Below, in pieces: positions 11,059-19,884 of a DNA stretch of 64,000 bases; the stretch's first letter is position 1, and every line of letters begins with the position of its first letter. Position numbers and translations under genes: made by a program. The DNA comes from Limnochordales bacterium (GTDB taxonomy: Bacteria; Bacillota; Limnochordia; Limnochordales; ZCTH02-B6), in NCBI GenBank assembly GCA_035304545.1, contig DATGPV010000050.1:6773-70772 (forward strand), read 5' to 3'. The notes under the pieces were generated by a model. The model was not told the DNA's origin. It worked only from the letters and a program-made list of their open reading frames with translations, and did not search any database.

Positions 11059-12102
11059 TTGCGCGCGGGGGTGCGGCGGGCCGACGCCGTCCTCCAGGGC
11101 GGCGGCGTCAAGGTCATTGGCCTGGTGGGAGCGCTGACCGTCGCCGAGGAGCTGGGATATTCGTGGGTCAACATCGCCGGCACGTCCGCGGGGGCGATGG
11201 TCGCGGCGCTGCTGGCGGCGGGCTACCGGGCCCGGGAGCTGGCGCAGATTTTGGAGGAGCTGGACTTTGCTTGTTTCCGGGACCCGGGGCCCTTGGGCCA
11301 AATCCCGCTGGCCGGGCCCCTGCTGGCCCTGTTGTTGAATAAGGGCATGTACCGGGGAGACTACTTGGAGGGGTGGGTGCGGGCGCAGCTCGTGGCCCGG
11401 GGTGTGCGCACCTTCGGCGATCTGTTGCTGCCGGGCGAAACCGACCCGCGATTCCGTTTCAAGCTGCAGGTCATCGCCGCCGACATCAGCCGGGGGCGCC
11501 TGCTGGTGCTGCCCCAGGACATGGCCGCCTACGGCGTGCAGCCGGAAGAGCTGGACGTGGCCCGGGCGGTGCGCATGAGCGCGAGCCTGCCCTTCTTTTA
11601 CCGCCCCGTGGCGGCCCGCTGGCGGGACGACGGGCAGGAGCAGCTGAGCTATATCGTGGACGGGGGGCTGTTGAGCAACTTCCCCGTCTGGCTGTTTGAT
11701 GTGGACGGGGCGCCGCCGTGGCCCACCTTTGGGTTTATGCTGGTGGACCCCGACTACCAGCGGCCCCAGACCATCCGGGGCCCCGTCTCCCTGGCCGCGG
11801 CCCTGGTCTCCACCATGCTGGAGGCCCACGACGCCCGCTACCTGGAGGAGGCGGACCGGGTGCGGACCATCCGGATTCCCACCTGTGGGGTGCGGACTAC
11901 GGACTTCGACATCAGCCCGGCCCAGCGCCGGAAGCTGTTTGAGGCGGGACGGGCGGCGGCCCGGGAGTTTTTCGCCGGCTGGAACTTTCCCCGCTACGTG
12001 GAGCAGTACCGGCTCCCGCCAGGCCGGGGCGGCAGGCGGCGCCGGCCGGCCCTGTCGGCGCCGGTCAAGGCCCCGGGGCGGGAGGCCGCCGCCGGGCGTT
12101 GA
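11059..12102 (+). CDS. Patatin-like phospholipase
   Basis: GGGVKVIG oxyanion motif, GTSAGA nucleophile elbow, downstream DGG. TGGAGGTG RBS. Confidence 0.85.
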   Translation: MRAGVRRADAVLQGGGVKVIGLVGALTVAEELGYSWVNIAGTSAGAMVAALLAAGYRARELAQILEELDFACFRDPGPLGQIPLAGPLLALLLNKGMYRGDYLEGWVRAQLVARGVRTFGDLLLPGETDPRFRFKLQVIAADISRGRLLVLPQDMAAYGVQPEELDVARAVRMSASLPFFYRPVAARWRDDGQEQLSYIVDGGLLSNFPVWLFDVDGAPPWPTFGFMLVDPDYQRPQTIRGPVSLAAALVSTMLEAHDARYLEEADRVRTIRIPTCGVRTTDFDISPAQRRKLFEAGRAAAREFFAGWNFPRYVEQYRLPPGRGGRRRRPALSAPVKAPGREAAAGR

Positions 12103-12170
12103 GCCGCCGGGGTTCCGCCGGCAGGGCCCGCGCAGGAGGCGGGCCGGCGCACTTTTCTTTGGAGGAGGCA

Positions 12171-13087
12171 TGAACGTGGCGCAAGGAGGGGTGCCCGCGT
12201 ACTTCTTCGTCAACGGCCGGTGGCTGCCGCCGGAGCAGGCGGTGGTGCCGGTGGAGGATCGCGGGTATCAACTGGGCGACGGCGTGTATGAGGTGATCCG
12301 GGTTTACGGCGGCCGGCCCTTCGCGCTGGACCGGCACTTGGAGCGGCTTGTGAGGAGCGCCGAGGCCATCCAGCTCCGGCTGCCCCTGGAGCTCGTGGAG
12401 CTGGCGGCCATCGTGGAAGAGGCGCCCCGCCGGCGGGGCCTGGTGGAGGCCCAGGTGTACTTGCAGGTGACCCGGGGCGTGGCGGCGCGGGTGCACCACT
12501 TCCCCGCCGAGGCTGCGCCCAGCCTGGTGGTGTACGCCTCGCCGGTGCGGGCCGTCGACCCCCGGCTGTACGAGGAGGGGGCCGCGGCGGTGGTGCTCCC
12601 GGACCAGCGGTGGCTGCGCTGCGACATCAAGTCCATCAACCTGCTGCCCAACGCCCTGGCCAAGGAGGAGGCCCGGCGCCAAGGCGCCCTGGAGGCGGTG
12701 CTGGAGCGGGCGGGGGTGGGCGTCACCGAGGGCGCCAGCTCCAATCTGTTCATCGTCCAGGAAGGCACCTTGGTGACGGCCCCGCCGGGACCTTACATCC
12801 TGCGGGGGGTTACCCGGGACCTCGTCATCGAGCAGGCCCGGGCCGCCGGGGTGCCCGTGGAGGAGCGGTTCTTCTCCCGGGCGGAACTGCTGGCCGCGGA
12901 CGAAGCCTTTTTGACCAGCACTACCATGGAAGTCATGCCTTTGGTGCGCGTCGACGGGCAAACCATCGGCCGCGGGACGCCGGGCGCCGTGACCCAGCGG
13001 CTGCACCGGGCGCTGCGGGACGTCATCGTCAGCGCCGGGGCCGGCTCCGCCGCAGTCCGTTCCACACAAACAGGGCCTGCAGGATGA
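12171..13087 (+). CDS. dat: D-amino-acid (D-alanine) transaminase, class IV aminotransferase
   Basis: VEDRGYQLGDGVYEVIRVY, QVTRG and RWLRCDIKSINLL motifs match Dat. True start is ATG 12171 after GGAGGAGG; the 5' part of ORF 11696..13087 overlaps the patatin gene and translates to low-complexity sequence. Confidence 0.9.
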
Positions 13088-13208
13088 CCACCGGCAAAAG
13101 CAGCAGCAAGCGCACGCCGGTGGACACGTTGAGCATGCCGATAAAGGGCAGGGGCAAGATCAAGAGCACGAAGATGATGTAGTCCGGATCGATGGGCCAC
13201 CGTCGCAC
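13029..13208 (-). CDS. Hypothetical small 2-TM membrane protein (59 aa)
   Basis: VRRWPIDPDYIIFVLLILPLPFIGMLNVSTGVRLLLLLPVVILQALFVWNGL..., GAGGGGGAAAGG RBS before GTG 13208, G/C-rich third positions. It overlaps the dat 3' end by 59 nt, which lowers confidence. Confidence 0.3.
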   Translation of the reverse strand: MRRWPIDPDYIIFVLLILPLPFIGMLNVSTGVRLLLLLPVVILQALFVWNGLRRSRPRR

Positions 13209-13436
13209 GGCCCTTTCCCCCTCGACGCCGGCGCTGCCCATGGCGCCCGCGGGCCATAGGCGGTTTTTCCTGGCGGTCCGGAGAGGCGCCGGCCCGGTTC
13301 CATTATCCCGCGTCCTGGGGACGGTGGGCAAGCGGGCGGCCGGGTATCCGGCCCCGGGCACGACGCGGGCAGGGCAAGCGAAGGGAGGACAGGGCGAGGG
13401 GGGCCAGGCCAGGGGAGGGCAAGGCGAGGCGGGACC

Positions 13437-14075
13437 CTACCCGCCGCTGCCGCCCCCGCCGCCGGAGCCGGTGCCTCCGCCCTGTTCGTCTTCCCCTTGG
13501 CCGCCGGCCTGGCTCTGCCCGGCTTCTTCTGCTTGGTCCCGCCGCACCAGCTCCTGCTGCAGCTCGGGGTGGAGCCAAAACTCTTCGGCTACCCGGGGAA
13601 AGTTGCGGGGGTCAAATCCGTCCCAGTTGATGCGCTGAAAGGTGGCGCCCGACAGCCCGACGCGGGCGATGGCCACGTCCTTCAGGGGGTTTCCGTAGAC
13701 ATCCTTGAGCTGGTCGGTGCGGACCAGCAGCGCGACGCGGTCGACGGAGACGCCTGTGCGCTTGATCTCCCGGAACAGGCGCATCGCGTCCCGTTCCAGC
13801 TGGTCCAGCTGCACGGGACGGCGGGGCAGCTCCACGCCCAGGGTCCAGCCCGTCCCGGCCCGCACCGCTTGCACCAGTTCCCCGTCGGCGCCCCGCACGG
13901 CCACGCCCAGCTCTCGCCGTTCCCGCTCCTCGGGGGTTGGTTCGGGTACCCGCACGGGCGTCGCGGGCGACGGGTTCTGGGGGTTGGCCCGGCCCGGGCC
14001 GCCCTGGAAGGCAAAAAAGCCCACCGCGACGCCCACGCACAGTCCCAGCAAGGCCCACAGCCAGCCCCGGTTCAT
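13437..14075 (-). CDS. Hypothetical membrane-anchored protein with acidic/Gly-rich C-terminal tail
   Basis: MNRGWLWALLGLCVGVAVGFFAF signal anchor, globular middle, QGEDEQGGGTGSGGGGGSGG tail. Start moved to ATG 14075. No family recognised. Confidence 0.55.
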   Translation of the reverse strand: MNRGWLWALLGLCVGVAVGFFAFQGGPGRANPQNPSPATPVRVPEPTPEERERRELGVAVRGADGELVQAVRAGTGWTLGVELPRRPVQLDQLERDAMRLFREIKRTGVSVDRVALLVRTDQLKDVYGNPLKDVAIARVGLSGATFQRINWDGFDPRNFPRVAEEFWLHPELQQELVRRDQAEEAGQSQAGGQGEDEQGGGTGSGGGGGSGG

Positions 14076-14196
14076 CCGGACGTCTCCCCTCGGGCCACAG
14101 CTTTCTCCCGTAGTGTGGCCCAGGGGCGGGGAGCCGTACTCAAGCCGCGCTCGCAGGGGGGGACCGAGGGCCGCGGCCGGCAAAGCCAGGTGGTTT

Positions 14197-14721
14197 TCAC
14201 AAGAGAAACAAGAGGCCGGTCACCCACAGGGCGGCCAAGTACCCGGCCAAGTCGCCCAGCAGGCACAGGTGCACCGCGTGCAGGCTGCGGCGGATCCCCA
14301 CGGAACCCAGGTAAAGGGCGGCCACGTAGAAGGTGGTTTCCGAGCTGCCCTGCATGACGGAAGCCAAGAAACCGATGAAGGAGTCGGGCCCGTGCTGGGC
14401 CAGGAGATCCGCGATGACGCCCATGGCCGCGGCGTTGGAGAAGGGCCGGATGAGCATCAGAGGCAGGATCTCCGCCGGGAATCCCACGGCGGCCAGGAAC
14501 GGCGCGGCTTGGCCCGCTACCCAGGCCAAGGCCCCCGACTCGCGGAACAGCCCCACGGCCACGTAGATGCCGATGATGAGGGGGATGAGCCGCAGGCCCA
14601 GGCGGACGCCGTCCATCGCTCCCGCCACAAACTCGTCGTAGACCGCCACCCGGCGCCGCAAAGCCACCACCAGGGTAACAGCCACCAGACCGGGCAAGAT
14701 CCACGCGCTCCAGGATCCCAT
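14197..14721 (-). CDS. spmB: Spore maturation protein B (nucleoside-recognition/Gate domain)
   Basis: VYDEFVAGAMDG...IRPFSNAAAMGV...MQGSSETTFYV motifs, and adjacency to spmA. Confidence 0.85.
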   Translation of the reverse strand: MGSWSAWILPGLVAVTLVVALRRRVAVYDEFVAGAMDGVRLGLRLIPLIIGIYVAVGLFRESGALAWVAGQAAPFLAAVGFPAEILPLMLIRPFSNAAAMGVIADLLAQHGPDSFIGFLASVMQGSSETTFYVAALYLGSVGIRRSLHAVHLCLLGDLAGYLAALWVTGLLFLL

Positions 14722-14733
14722 GGCCGGTCCCCC

Positions 14734-15312
14734 TCAATGGGCGCGGCGGCGCAGGAAACCGTCCACCAGCAGCACGAATACCATGGCCGCGCCCGAGGCC
14801 GCCGCCGCCGGACCGATGATCCGAGCCGGCTCGGGCGCGCCGGCTTGGGCCCGCAAGGCCACCGCCGTGGCCGGCAGCAGCGTGGCGCAGGCGCTGTTGA
14901 GCGCGAGAAAGGTGATCATGGCCGGGGTCACCGTGTCGGGGCGTGGGTTGAGGCGCTGCATCTCCTCCATGGCCTTGAGCCCGAAGGGGGTGGCGGCGTT
15001 GGCCAGGCCGAGAAAGTTCGCGGCGATGTTCATCGCGATGGCGCTCAACGAAGGGTGGCCATGGGGAAGCCCCGGGAAGAGGGGCCGCAACAGCGGGGTC
15101 AGCAGCCGCGCCAGGCTGTTCAAGAGCCCCGCCCGCTCGGCCACCCGGCTCAGCCCAAACCACACCGTGAGCAGGGCCAGCAGGTTGAGGGCGACCGCCA
15201 GGCCGCTGGCCGCCTGGGCAAAGAGGGTGCTGGTGACCAGTTCGCCGTTGCCCTGCAGGGCCGCGAAGCCGATGCCCATCAAAATCATCGCGGCCCAGAG
15301 GATGTTGACCAC
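14734..15312 (-). CDS. spmA: Spore maturation protein A
   Basis: MVNILWAAMILMGI..., NIAANFLGLANAATPFGLKAM..., typical SpmA sequence. Confidence 0.85.
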   Translation of the reverse strand: MVNILWAAMILMGIGFAALQGNGELVTSTLFAQAASGLAVALNLLALLTVWFGLSRVAERAGLLNSLARLLTPLLRPLFPGLPHGHPSLSAIAMNIAANFLGLANAATPFGLKAMEEMQRLNPRPDTVTPAMITFLALNSACATLLPATAVALRAQAGAPEPARIIGPAAAASGAAMVFVLLVDGFLRRRAH

Positions 15313-15443
15313 GGTTCCGGCCTCCCCGCGGGTCTGCCGGGGCCATGCCCCGGGCGTACTACGTCTATGCCGAGGTGGAGCAGGAAATGTCCCGGCGGGA
15401 CACGAAGGAACCGGGTCGGACCTGTGGACGGAGGGATTGATCC

Positions 15444-15800
15444 TTGGGGGGATTCTTGCGCGCGTTGTGGACGGGCTGGCGGCTGCTCTGTCCCGCCTGC
15501 GGCACGGGCAGCCTGCAAGAAAAGGGCCGCCTGCACCCGGCTTGTCCCCGTTGCGGCTGGCAGCTCATCCGGCCCGGCGAAGGCGACTGGCTCGTCACAT
15601 GGCTGGTAGGCTATACCGTCGGCGCGGCAGTGCTGCTCCTCTCCTTGCTGGCCCTTTATCTTTTCACGAACATCAACATCTACATCCAGCTCCTCATCAG
15701 CAGCGGGCTGGGGGTGGTGGCCACGGCGGGCACGTTCTCCCGGGCCCGGGGCGCGGCTATGGGGATCCTTTACTTCTTGCGCGAACATTGGGAGGAGTAG
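15444..15800 (+). CDS. DUF983-like zinc-ribbon membrane protein
   Basis: CPACG...CPRCG double CxxC, followed by two TM helices, as in the DUF983 family. Confidence 0.55.
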   Translation: MGGFLRALWTGWRLLCPACGTGSLQEKGRLHPACPRCGWQLIRPGEGDWLVTWLVGYTVGAAVLLLSLLALYLFTNINIYIQLLISSGLGVVATAGTFSRARGAAMGILYFLREHWEE

Positions 15801-15867
15801 ACGGCACCGCATCGGCAGAGAACGAAAGCGGCCTCCCGGCCATTGGTCCGGGAGGCCTTGCTTCTGC

Positions 15868-15955
15868 TGGTGCCGAAGGTGGGATTCGAACCCACACGGG
15901 CGTTGAGCCCACTGCGCCCTGAACGCAGCGCGTCTGCCAGTTCCACCACTTCGGC
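15868..15955 (-). tRNA. tRNA-Leu (anticodon CAG), CCA encoded
   Basis: Minus strand reads GCCGAAGTGGTGGAACTGGCAGACGCGCTGCGTTCAGGGCGCAGTGGGCTCAACGCCCGTGTGGGTTCGAATCCCACCTTCGGCACCA. It has a 7-bp acceptor stem, anticodon stem CTGCG/CGCAG with loop TTCAGGG, a long variable arm, and a GGTTCGAATCC T-loop. Confidence 0.95.
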
Positions 15956-15969
15956 CCGTGGCAATCCCT

Positions 15970-15998
15970 ATCGTAGCAGAGGCGGCCCGCACTGTCAA
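15970..15998 (-). promoter_or_regulatory. Sigma-A-type promoter for tRNA-Leu (TTGACA-17 nt-TACGAT)
   Basis: Minus strand reads TTGACAgtgcgggccgcctctgcTACGAT, ending 14 nt upstream of the mature tRNA 5' end. Confidence 0.55.
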
Positions 15999-16054
15999 GG
16001 GGATACCGGCGCTGATCCCGCTGGGTCTTGCCCAGGGGAGCCCGAGGCCCTCCC

Positions 16055-16090
16055 GGGGGAGCCGGGGACGCGGCGCTGGCCGGCTCCCCC
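16055..16090. other. Perfect 11-bp GC-rich hairpin (GGGGGAGCCGG / CCGGCTCCCCC, 14-nt loop) in unassigned intergenic DNA
   Basis: Read directly from the sequence. There is no U-tract on either strand, so function is unknown. Confidence 0.5.
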
Positions 16091-16418
16091 GACCTTTGGG
16101 GCAGGGTTGTCGAAGAATTTTCAGGATCATGCAGGAGATCGCGGTATAGCGTCGTATACAAGAGCTGTGTCGGGAAGAACAACCCTGCGGCCGTCCGCAT
16201 CTGTGGCGGCTGACGGGATGTAGACACAGCAAAGATGACAGGCAACCGTCCAACTCGTTCCTTGCAGGATACAACACAATACAGTACAATCCTACACTAG
16301 GACAAGAATCGCGAAGGAGGACGCCCGCAGGGTTGCCCGGCCAAGGGGCGGGCTGGGAGGCGCGCCGCGCTTGCGGCGCCGGCGCGCGCCCGAGTTTGAG
16401 AAAGGTTTCACGAACGTG

Positions 16419-16447
16419 TTGACAAGCCCTAGGGGCCTGGGTATAAT
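16419..16447 (+). promoter_or_regulatory. Consensus sigma-A promoter TTGACA-17 nt-TATAAT upstream of codY
   Basis: TTGACA at 16419-16424 and TATAAT at 16442-16447 with an exact 17-nt spacer. A perfect match is striking in this GC-rich DNA. Confidence 0.65.
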
Positions 16448-16476
16448 GTGAACGAAAGTTCTGTTTTGTGAATTTT

Positions 16477-16650
16477 GGTTCCCGGATCCTGCGTCGCGGG
16501 GTGGTCGTGGGGGAGTAGCCAGCAGACGGGCAGGCTGCTGTCCGGTGCGGCTTATTCGGTATGCCGCCAAGGTTGGGAAAGCTCCAAACAATGGGAATGC
16601 TCCGTTTGGCAGTGCTTTCCTTGGGATGGCGGAACGCTGAGGGCGGGACC
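16477..16650 (+). promoter_or_regulatory. Structured about 175-nt 5' leader (or independent RNA) between the consensus promoter and codY
   Basis: A long imperfect closing helix (GGTTCCCG..CCTGCGT pairs with ACGC..AGG..CGGGACC) encloses three hairpins: CAGCAG/CTGCTG at 16520-16540, GCGGC/GCCGC at 16547-16567, and GGAAAGC-CCAAAC/GTTTGG-GCTTTCC at 16576-16620. No known riboswitch signature recognised. Confidence 0.4.
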
Positions 16651-16706
16651 AAAAGATGCAAAAGTTGGACAACAACCACCGCGTGTCGGACGCGGAAGCA
16701 GAAAGG

Positions 16707-17501
16707 ATGATGTATGTGGACCTCTTCAAGAAGGTCTCTAAGGTTGCCCAGTTGATGCAGCGGGAGGGCAACAACGTCAAGTTCGCCGACCTGGCGGCCA
16801 CGATGCGGGACGTGCTCCCGGACACCAGTGTGTATGTCATCAGCCGCAAGGGCAAGGTGCTCGGGTACGCCCTGGCGGAAGGTTTTGAGAGCACGCCCTT
16901 TGACGCGGAGTGGCTGCACACCGGGCGCATGCCCGAGGACCTGGCCACGTCGCTTCTGAAGGTCGGTGCCATCTCCACCGGTCCGGAGGCGGAACGGGTC
17001 ATCGGCGAGAAGCACGCGTGCATCGTGCCCGTGGTGGGCGCCGCCCGCCGGGTGGGCAGCATCGTGCTGGTGCGCCTTGACGGTGACTTCAGCGATGACG
17101 AGCTGGTGCTGTTTGAGTTCGCCGGTACCGTGGTGGGCATGGTCATCGCGACGGCCATCGACGACGCCGAGGAGGATGAGGCCGAGGAGAAGCGCATGGC
17201 CCGGTCGGCCATCCGCAGCCTGTCCTACTCGGAGATCCTGGCCATGCAGCACATCTTTGACGAGCTGGAGGGCGACGAAGGCCTGCTGGTGGCCAGCCGC
17301 ATTGCGGACCAGGCGGGCATCACCCGGTCGGTCATCGTCAACGCGCTGCGCAAGCTGGCCTCGGCCAACGTCATCGAGTCCCGCTCGCTGGGGATGAAGG
17401 GCACCTACCTGCGCATCCTCAACCCCGAGGTGCGCAAGGAGCTGGAGCGCCAGCGGTACCCTTACCCCACCAACGGCGGGCTCATGAAGCGGCAGGCCTA
17501 A
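16707..17501 (+). CDS. codY: GTP- and branched-chain-amino-acid-sensing transcriptional repressor CodY
   Basis: Collinear with B. subtilis CodY as I recall it: VKFADLAATMRDVL, IVPVVGAARRVGSIVLVRL, SLSYSEILAMQHIFDELEGDEGLLVASRIADQAGITRSVIVNALRKLASANVIESRSLGMKGTYLRILN. Start is probably ATG 16707/16710 rather than 16656. Confidence 0.95.
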   Translation: MMYVDLFKKVSKVAQLMQREGNNVKFADLAATMRDVLPDTSVYVISRKGKVLGYALAEGFESTPFDAEWLHTGRMPEDLATSLLKVGAISTGPEAERVIGEKHACIVPVVGAARRVGSIVLVRLDGDFSDDELVLFEFAGTVVGMVIATAIDDAEEDEAEEKRMARSAIRSLSYSEILAMQHIFDELEGDEGLLVASRIADQAGITRSVIVNALRKLASANVIESRSLGMKGTYLRILNPEVRKELERQRYPYPTNGGLMKRQA

Positions 17502-17538
17502 GGCAACCCGGTGAGGACAAACCCATCCCGCGAACGCG

Positions 17539-17570
17539 GGCGGCCCGCATCTGACCCGTGACGGGCCGCC
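17539..17570 (+). terminator. Hairpin after codY (GGCGGCCCG / CGGGCCGCC, 9 bp), possible U-tract-less terminator
   Basis: Perfect 9-bp stem 38 nt after the codY stop. Not followed by a T-run, so termination is uncertain. Confidence 0.3.
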
Positions 17571-17586
17571 TGGGGGATGGTAAAAT
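17558..17586 (+). promoter_or_regulatory. Candidate promoter for hflX (gTGACg-17 nt-TGgTAAAAT, extended -10)
   Basis: AT-rich TGGTAAAATTAAATAT island about 100 nt upstream of the hflX start. Confidence 0.4.
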
Positions 17587-17687
17587 TAAATATGGTGCTG
17601 TCGCGCGTTTAACGGCCCTTGTCCCCCAGCGGGAAAGGGCCGTTTCGCGATGGGCCGGCCTCCACGCCGGCCGTCAGAGGTGAAACC

Positions 17688-18779
17688 ATGGCGCAGAGCC
17701 GCAGCAAAGAGCGGGACGAGCGGGTCCTGCTCATCGGCGTCAACGGGCATCTGGAGGAGCTGGCGGAGCTGGTGCGCAGCGCCGGCGGCCGCGTGGTGGG
17801 CAGCGTGGTGCAGAACCTGGAACGCCCCCGGGCCGCAACCTACATCGGTCCCGGCAAGGCCCAGGAGGCCCGGGCGCTGGCCTGGGAGCTGGACGCGGAC
17901 CTGGTGGTGGTGGACGACGAGTTGACCCCCGCCCAGGCCCGCAACTTGGAAGAGCTCTTAGGCGTGCCGGTCATCGACCGGACCCAACTCATCCTCGACA
18001 TTTTCGCCCAGCGGGCCCGCACCAAAGAAGGCAAGCTCCAAGTGGAGCTGGCCCAGCTGACCTACCAGCTCACTCGCCTTGCCGGGCACGGGGCGGCCTT
18101 GTCCCGGTTGGGCGGCGGCATCGGCACCCGCGGCCCCGGCGAAACCCAGCTGGAGACGGATCGGCGGCGCATCCGGCGCCGCATCGCCGGCATCCGCAAA
18201 GAGCTGGAGCAGGTGCGGCGCACCCGGGCGCTGCAGCGGGCCGGACGCCGGCGCACGGGCCTGCCTGTCATCGCCCTGGTGGGCTATACCAACGCTGGCA
18301 AGTCCACCCTCATGAACGCGCTCACCCGGGCGGGGGTGCTGGCGGAGAACCGCCTGTTTGCCACGCTGGATCCCACCGTACGCCGGGTGACCTTGGCGCC
18401 GGGGCGCGACGCGCTGCTGACGGATACCGTCGGCTTTTTGCGCAAGCTGCCCCACCAGCTGGTGGCGGCCTTCCGGGCCACGCTGGAGGAAGTCGAGGAA
18501 GCCGACGTGCTCCTGCACGTGGTGGACGCGAGCCAGCCCGACGTGCACGAGCAGATGGAGGCGGTGGCTGCGGTCTTGGACGAGTTGGGCGTGCTGGGCA
18601 AGCCGTTGGTGACCGCGTTCAACAAGCTGGATGCCGTGGCCGACCCCGAGCGGATCCGGGAGTGGGCCCGCCGAACTCCGGCGGCGGTGGCCATTTCGGC
18701 CAGGACGGGGGCCGGCCTGGATGAGCTGCGCGCCCTTTTGGCCCGGCAAGTGGCGGAGCTGGAGGACGACGGGCCGTGA
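17688..18779 (+). CDS. hflX: GTPase HflX
   Basis: HflX N-domain ([23 protein letters not shown]), [11 protein letters not shown]-domain [23 protein letters not shown]. Start at ATG 17688 after AGAGGTGA. Confidence 0.92.
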   Translation: MAQSRSKERDERVLLIGVNGHLEELAELVRSAGGRVVGSVVQNLERPRAATYIGPGKAQEARALAWELDADLVVVDDELTPAQARNLEELLGVPVIDRTQLILDIFAQRARTKEGKLQVELAQLTYQLTRLAGHGAALSRLGGGIGTRGPGETQLETDRRRIRRRIAGIRKELEQVRRTRALQRAGRRRTGLPVIALVGYTNAGKSTLMNALTRAGVLAENRLFATLDPTVRRVTLAPGRDALLTDTVGFLRKLPHQLVAAFRATLEEVEEADVLLHVVDASQPDVHEQMEAVAAVLDELGVLGKPLVTAFNKLDAVADPERIREWARRTPAAVAISARTGAGLDELRALLARQVAELEDDGP

Positions 18780-18928
18780 GCTGGTGGCAGCGGGTGCAGC
18801 AATGGTGGGCCCGGCTCACCAGCGGCAGCTCCTTTTTGTGCGACAGCTGCAAGTATAACTACGGGAGCGCCTGCTGGCGGCCGGAACGGCCCAACGCCCG
18901 GCGGTGTCCCGACTATCGCCGGCGGTGA
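18776..18928 (+). CDS. Unannotated small Cys-rich protein (50 aa), translationally coupled to hflX
   Basis: Own translation: [50 protein letters not shown]. Its GTG overlaps the hflX TGA (GTGA). 44 of 50 codons end in G/C. Below the ORF-track size cutoff. Confidence 0.45.
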   Translation: MSWWQRVQQWWARLTSGSSFLCDSCKYNYGSACWRPERPNARRCPDYRRR

Positions 18929-18948
18929 GGCGCCGCGGGGGTGACGGG

Positions 18949-19884
18949 GTGAAGGAGGCGTTCTTTTACGGCGGCCAGGCCGTCATCGAAGGGGTCATGA
19001 TGCGGGGTCGCCGGGGGCTGGCCATCGGCGTGCGGCGGCCTGACGGTTCCATCATCGTCCACGAACAGGGCCTTGTGCCGTGGTCGCAGCGGTTTCCCAT
19101 CCTGCGCCGGCCTTTGATCCGCGGCGCGGCGGCCCTGGCTGAAGCCCTGGTCTTGGGCGTCCGGGCCCTCAACTTTTCCGCGGCCCAGGCCACCGACGGC
19201 CAAGAGGAGCCGCTGACCGCGAAGGAGCTGGCGGTTTCCCTGGCGATGGCGGCAGTCTTGACCGTCGGGCTGTTTGTGGTGCTGCCGGCTTTCTTGATCC
19301 GCCTCATCCAGGATGCCATCGCCCACAACGTCGTCCTCAATCTCGTGGAGGGCGTCATCAAGATCGCGCTGTTTGCTTTATATATCCTGGCCATCGGGCG
19401 GATGCCCGACGTGGCGCGGGTGTTCCAGTATCACGGCGCGGAGCATAAGGCCATCAACTGCTATGAGGCGGGGCTGCCGCTGACGGTGGACAACGTGGCC
19501 CGGCAGAGCATCGTGCACACCCGCTGCGGCACCAACTTCATCCTGATCGTGCTCTTTATGAGCGTTTTCCTGTTTTCCTTTTTCGGCCGGCCGCCCTTTC
19601 TCGTGCGGGTGGCCATCCATCTTTTGCTGCTGCCGGTGGTGGCCGGCCTTTCCTATGAGATCATCCGCCACGCCGCCCGGGACGACGCGCTGGCGCTGGT
19701 GCGCTGGATCGCGACGCCGGGGCTGTGGATGCAGCGGCTGACCACCCGGCCGCCGGAACGGGACCAGCTGGAGGTGGCCATAAAGGCTCTGGAGCGGGTG
19801 CTGGTGCGGGACGGCGTGCTGGAGCTGGAGGCCAGCGGGGCGGCGGCGGCTGCGGAGGCGGCATATGTTCGACAGACTGGCTGA
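18949..19884 (+). CDS. DUF1385 domain-containing membrane protein (YqhQ-like)
   Basis: [29 protein letters not shown] and HTRCGTNF motifs, typical of DUF1385. This family is commonly found upstream of prfA/prmC. Start placed at GTG 18949 to avoid overlap with the small ORF. Confidence 0.8.
   Translation: MKEAFFYGGQAVIEGVMMRGRRGLAIGVRRPDGSIIVHEQGLVPWSQRFPILRRPLIRGAAALAEALVLGVRALNFSAAQATDGQEEPLTAKELAVSLAMAAVLTVGLFVVLPAFLIRLIQDAIAHNVVLNLVEGVIKIALFALYILAIGRMPDVARVFQYHGAEHKAINCYEAGLPLTVDNVARQSIVHTRCGTNFILIVLFMSVFLFSFFGRPPFLVRVAIHLLLLPVVAGLSYEIIRHAARDDALALVRWIATPGLWMQRLTTRPPERDQLEVAIKALERVLVRDGVLELEASGAAAAAEAAYVRQTG

Noticed and set aside
11059-12102. Patatin-like phospholipase as a CBASS or other defence effector
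   Set aside because: No cyclase/nucleotidyltransferase, sensor or other defence partner is adjacent. Its neighbours are a glycoside hydrolase-like gene and dat, so it looks like a housekeeping or lipid-metabolism patatin.
16477-16650. codY leader as a ykkC/guanidine-ppGpp riboswitch or 6S RNA
   Set aside because: The 5' GGTTCCCGG resembles the ykkC start, but the other conserved ykkC blocks (GGUCCGAGAG, ACACGG, GGGAnAAAA) are absent. The multi-hairpin junction architecture is unlike the single long bulged hairpin of 6S RNA.
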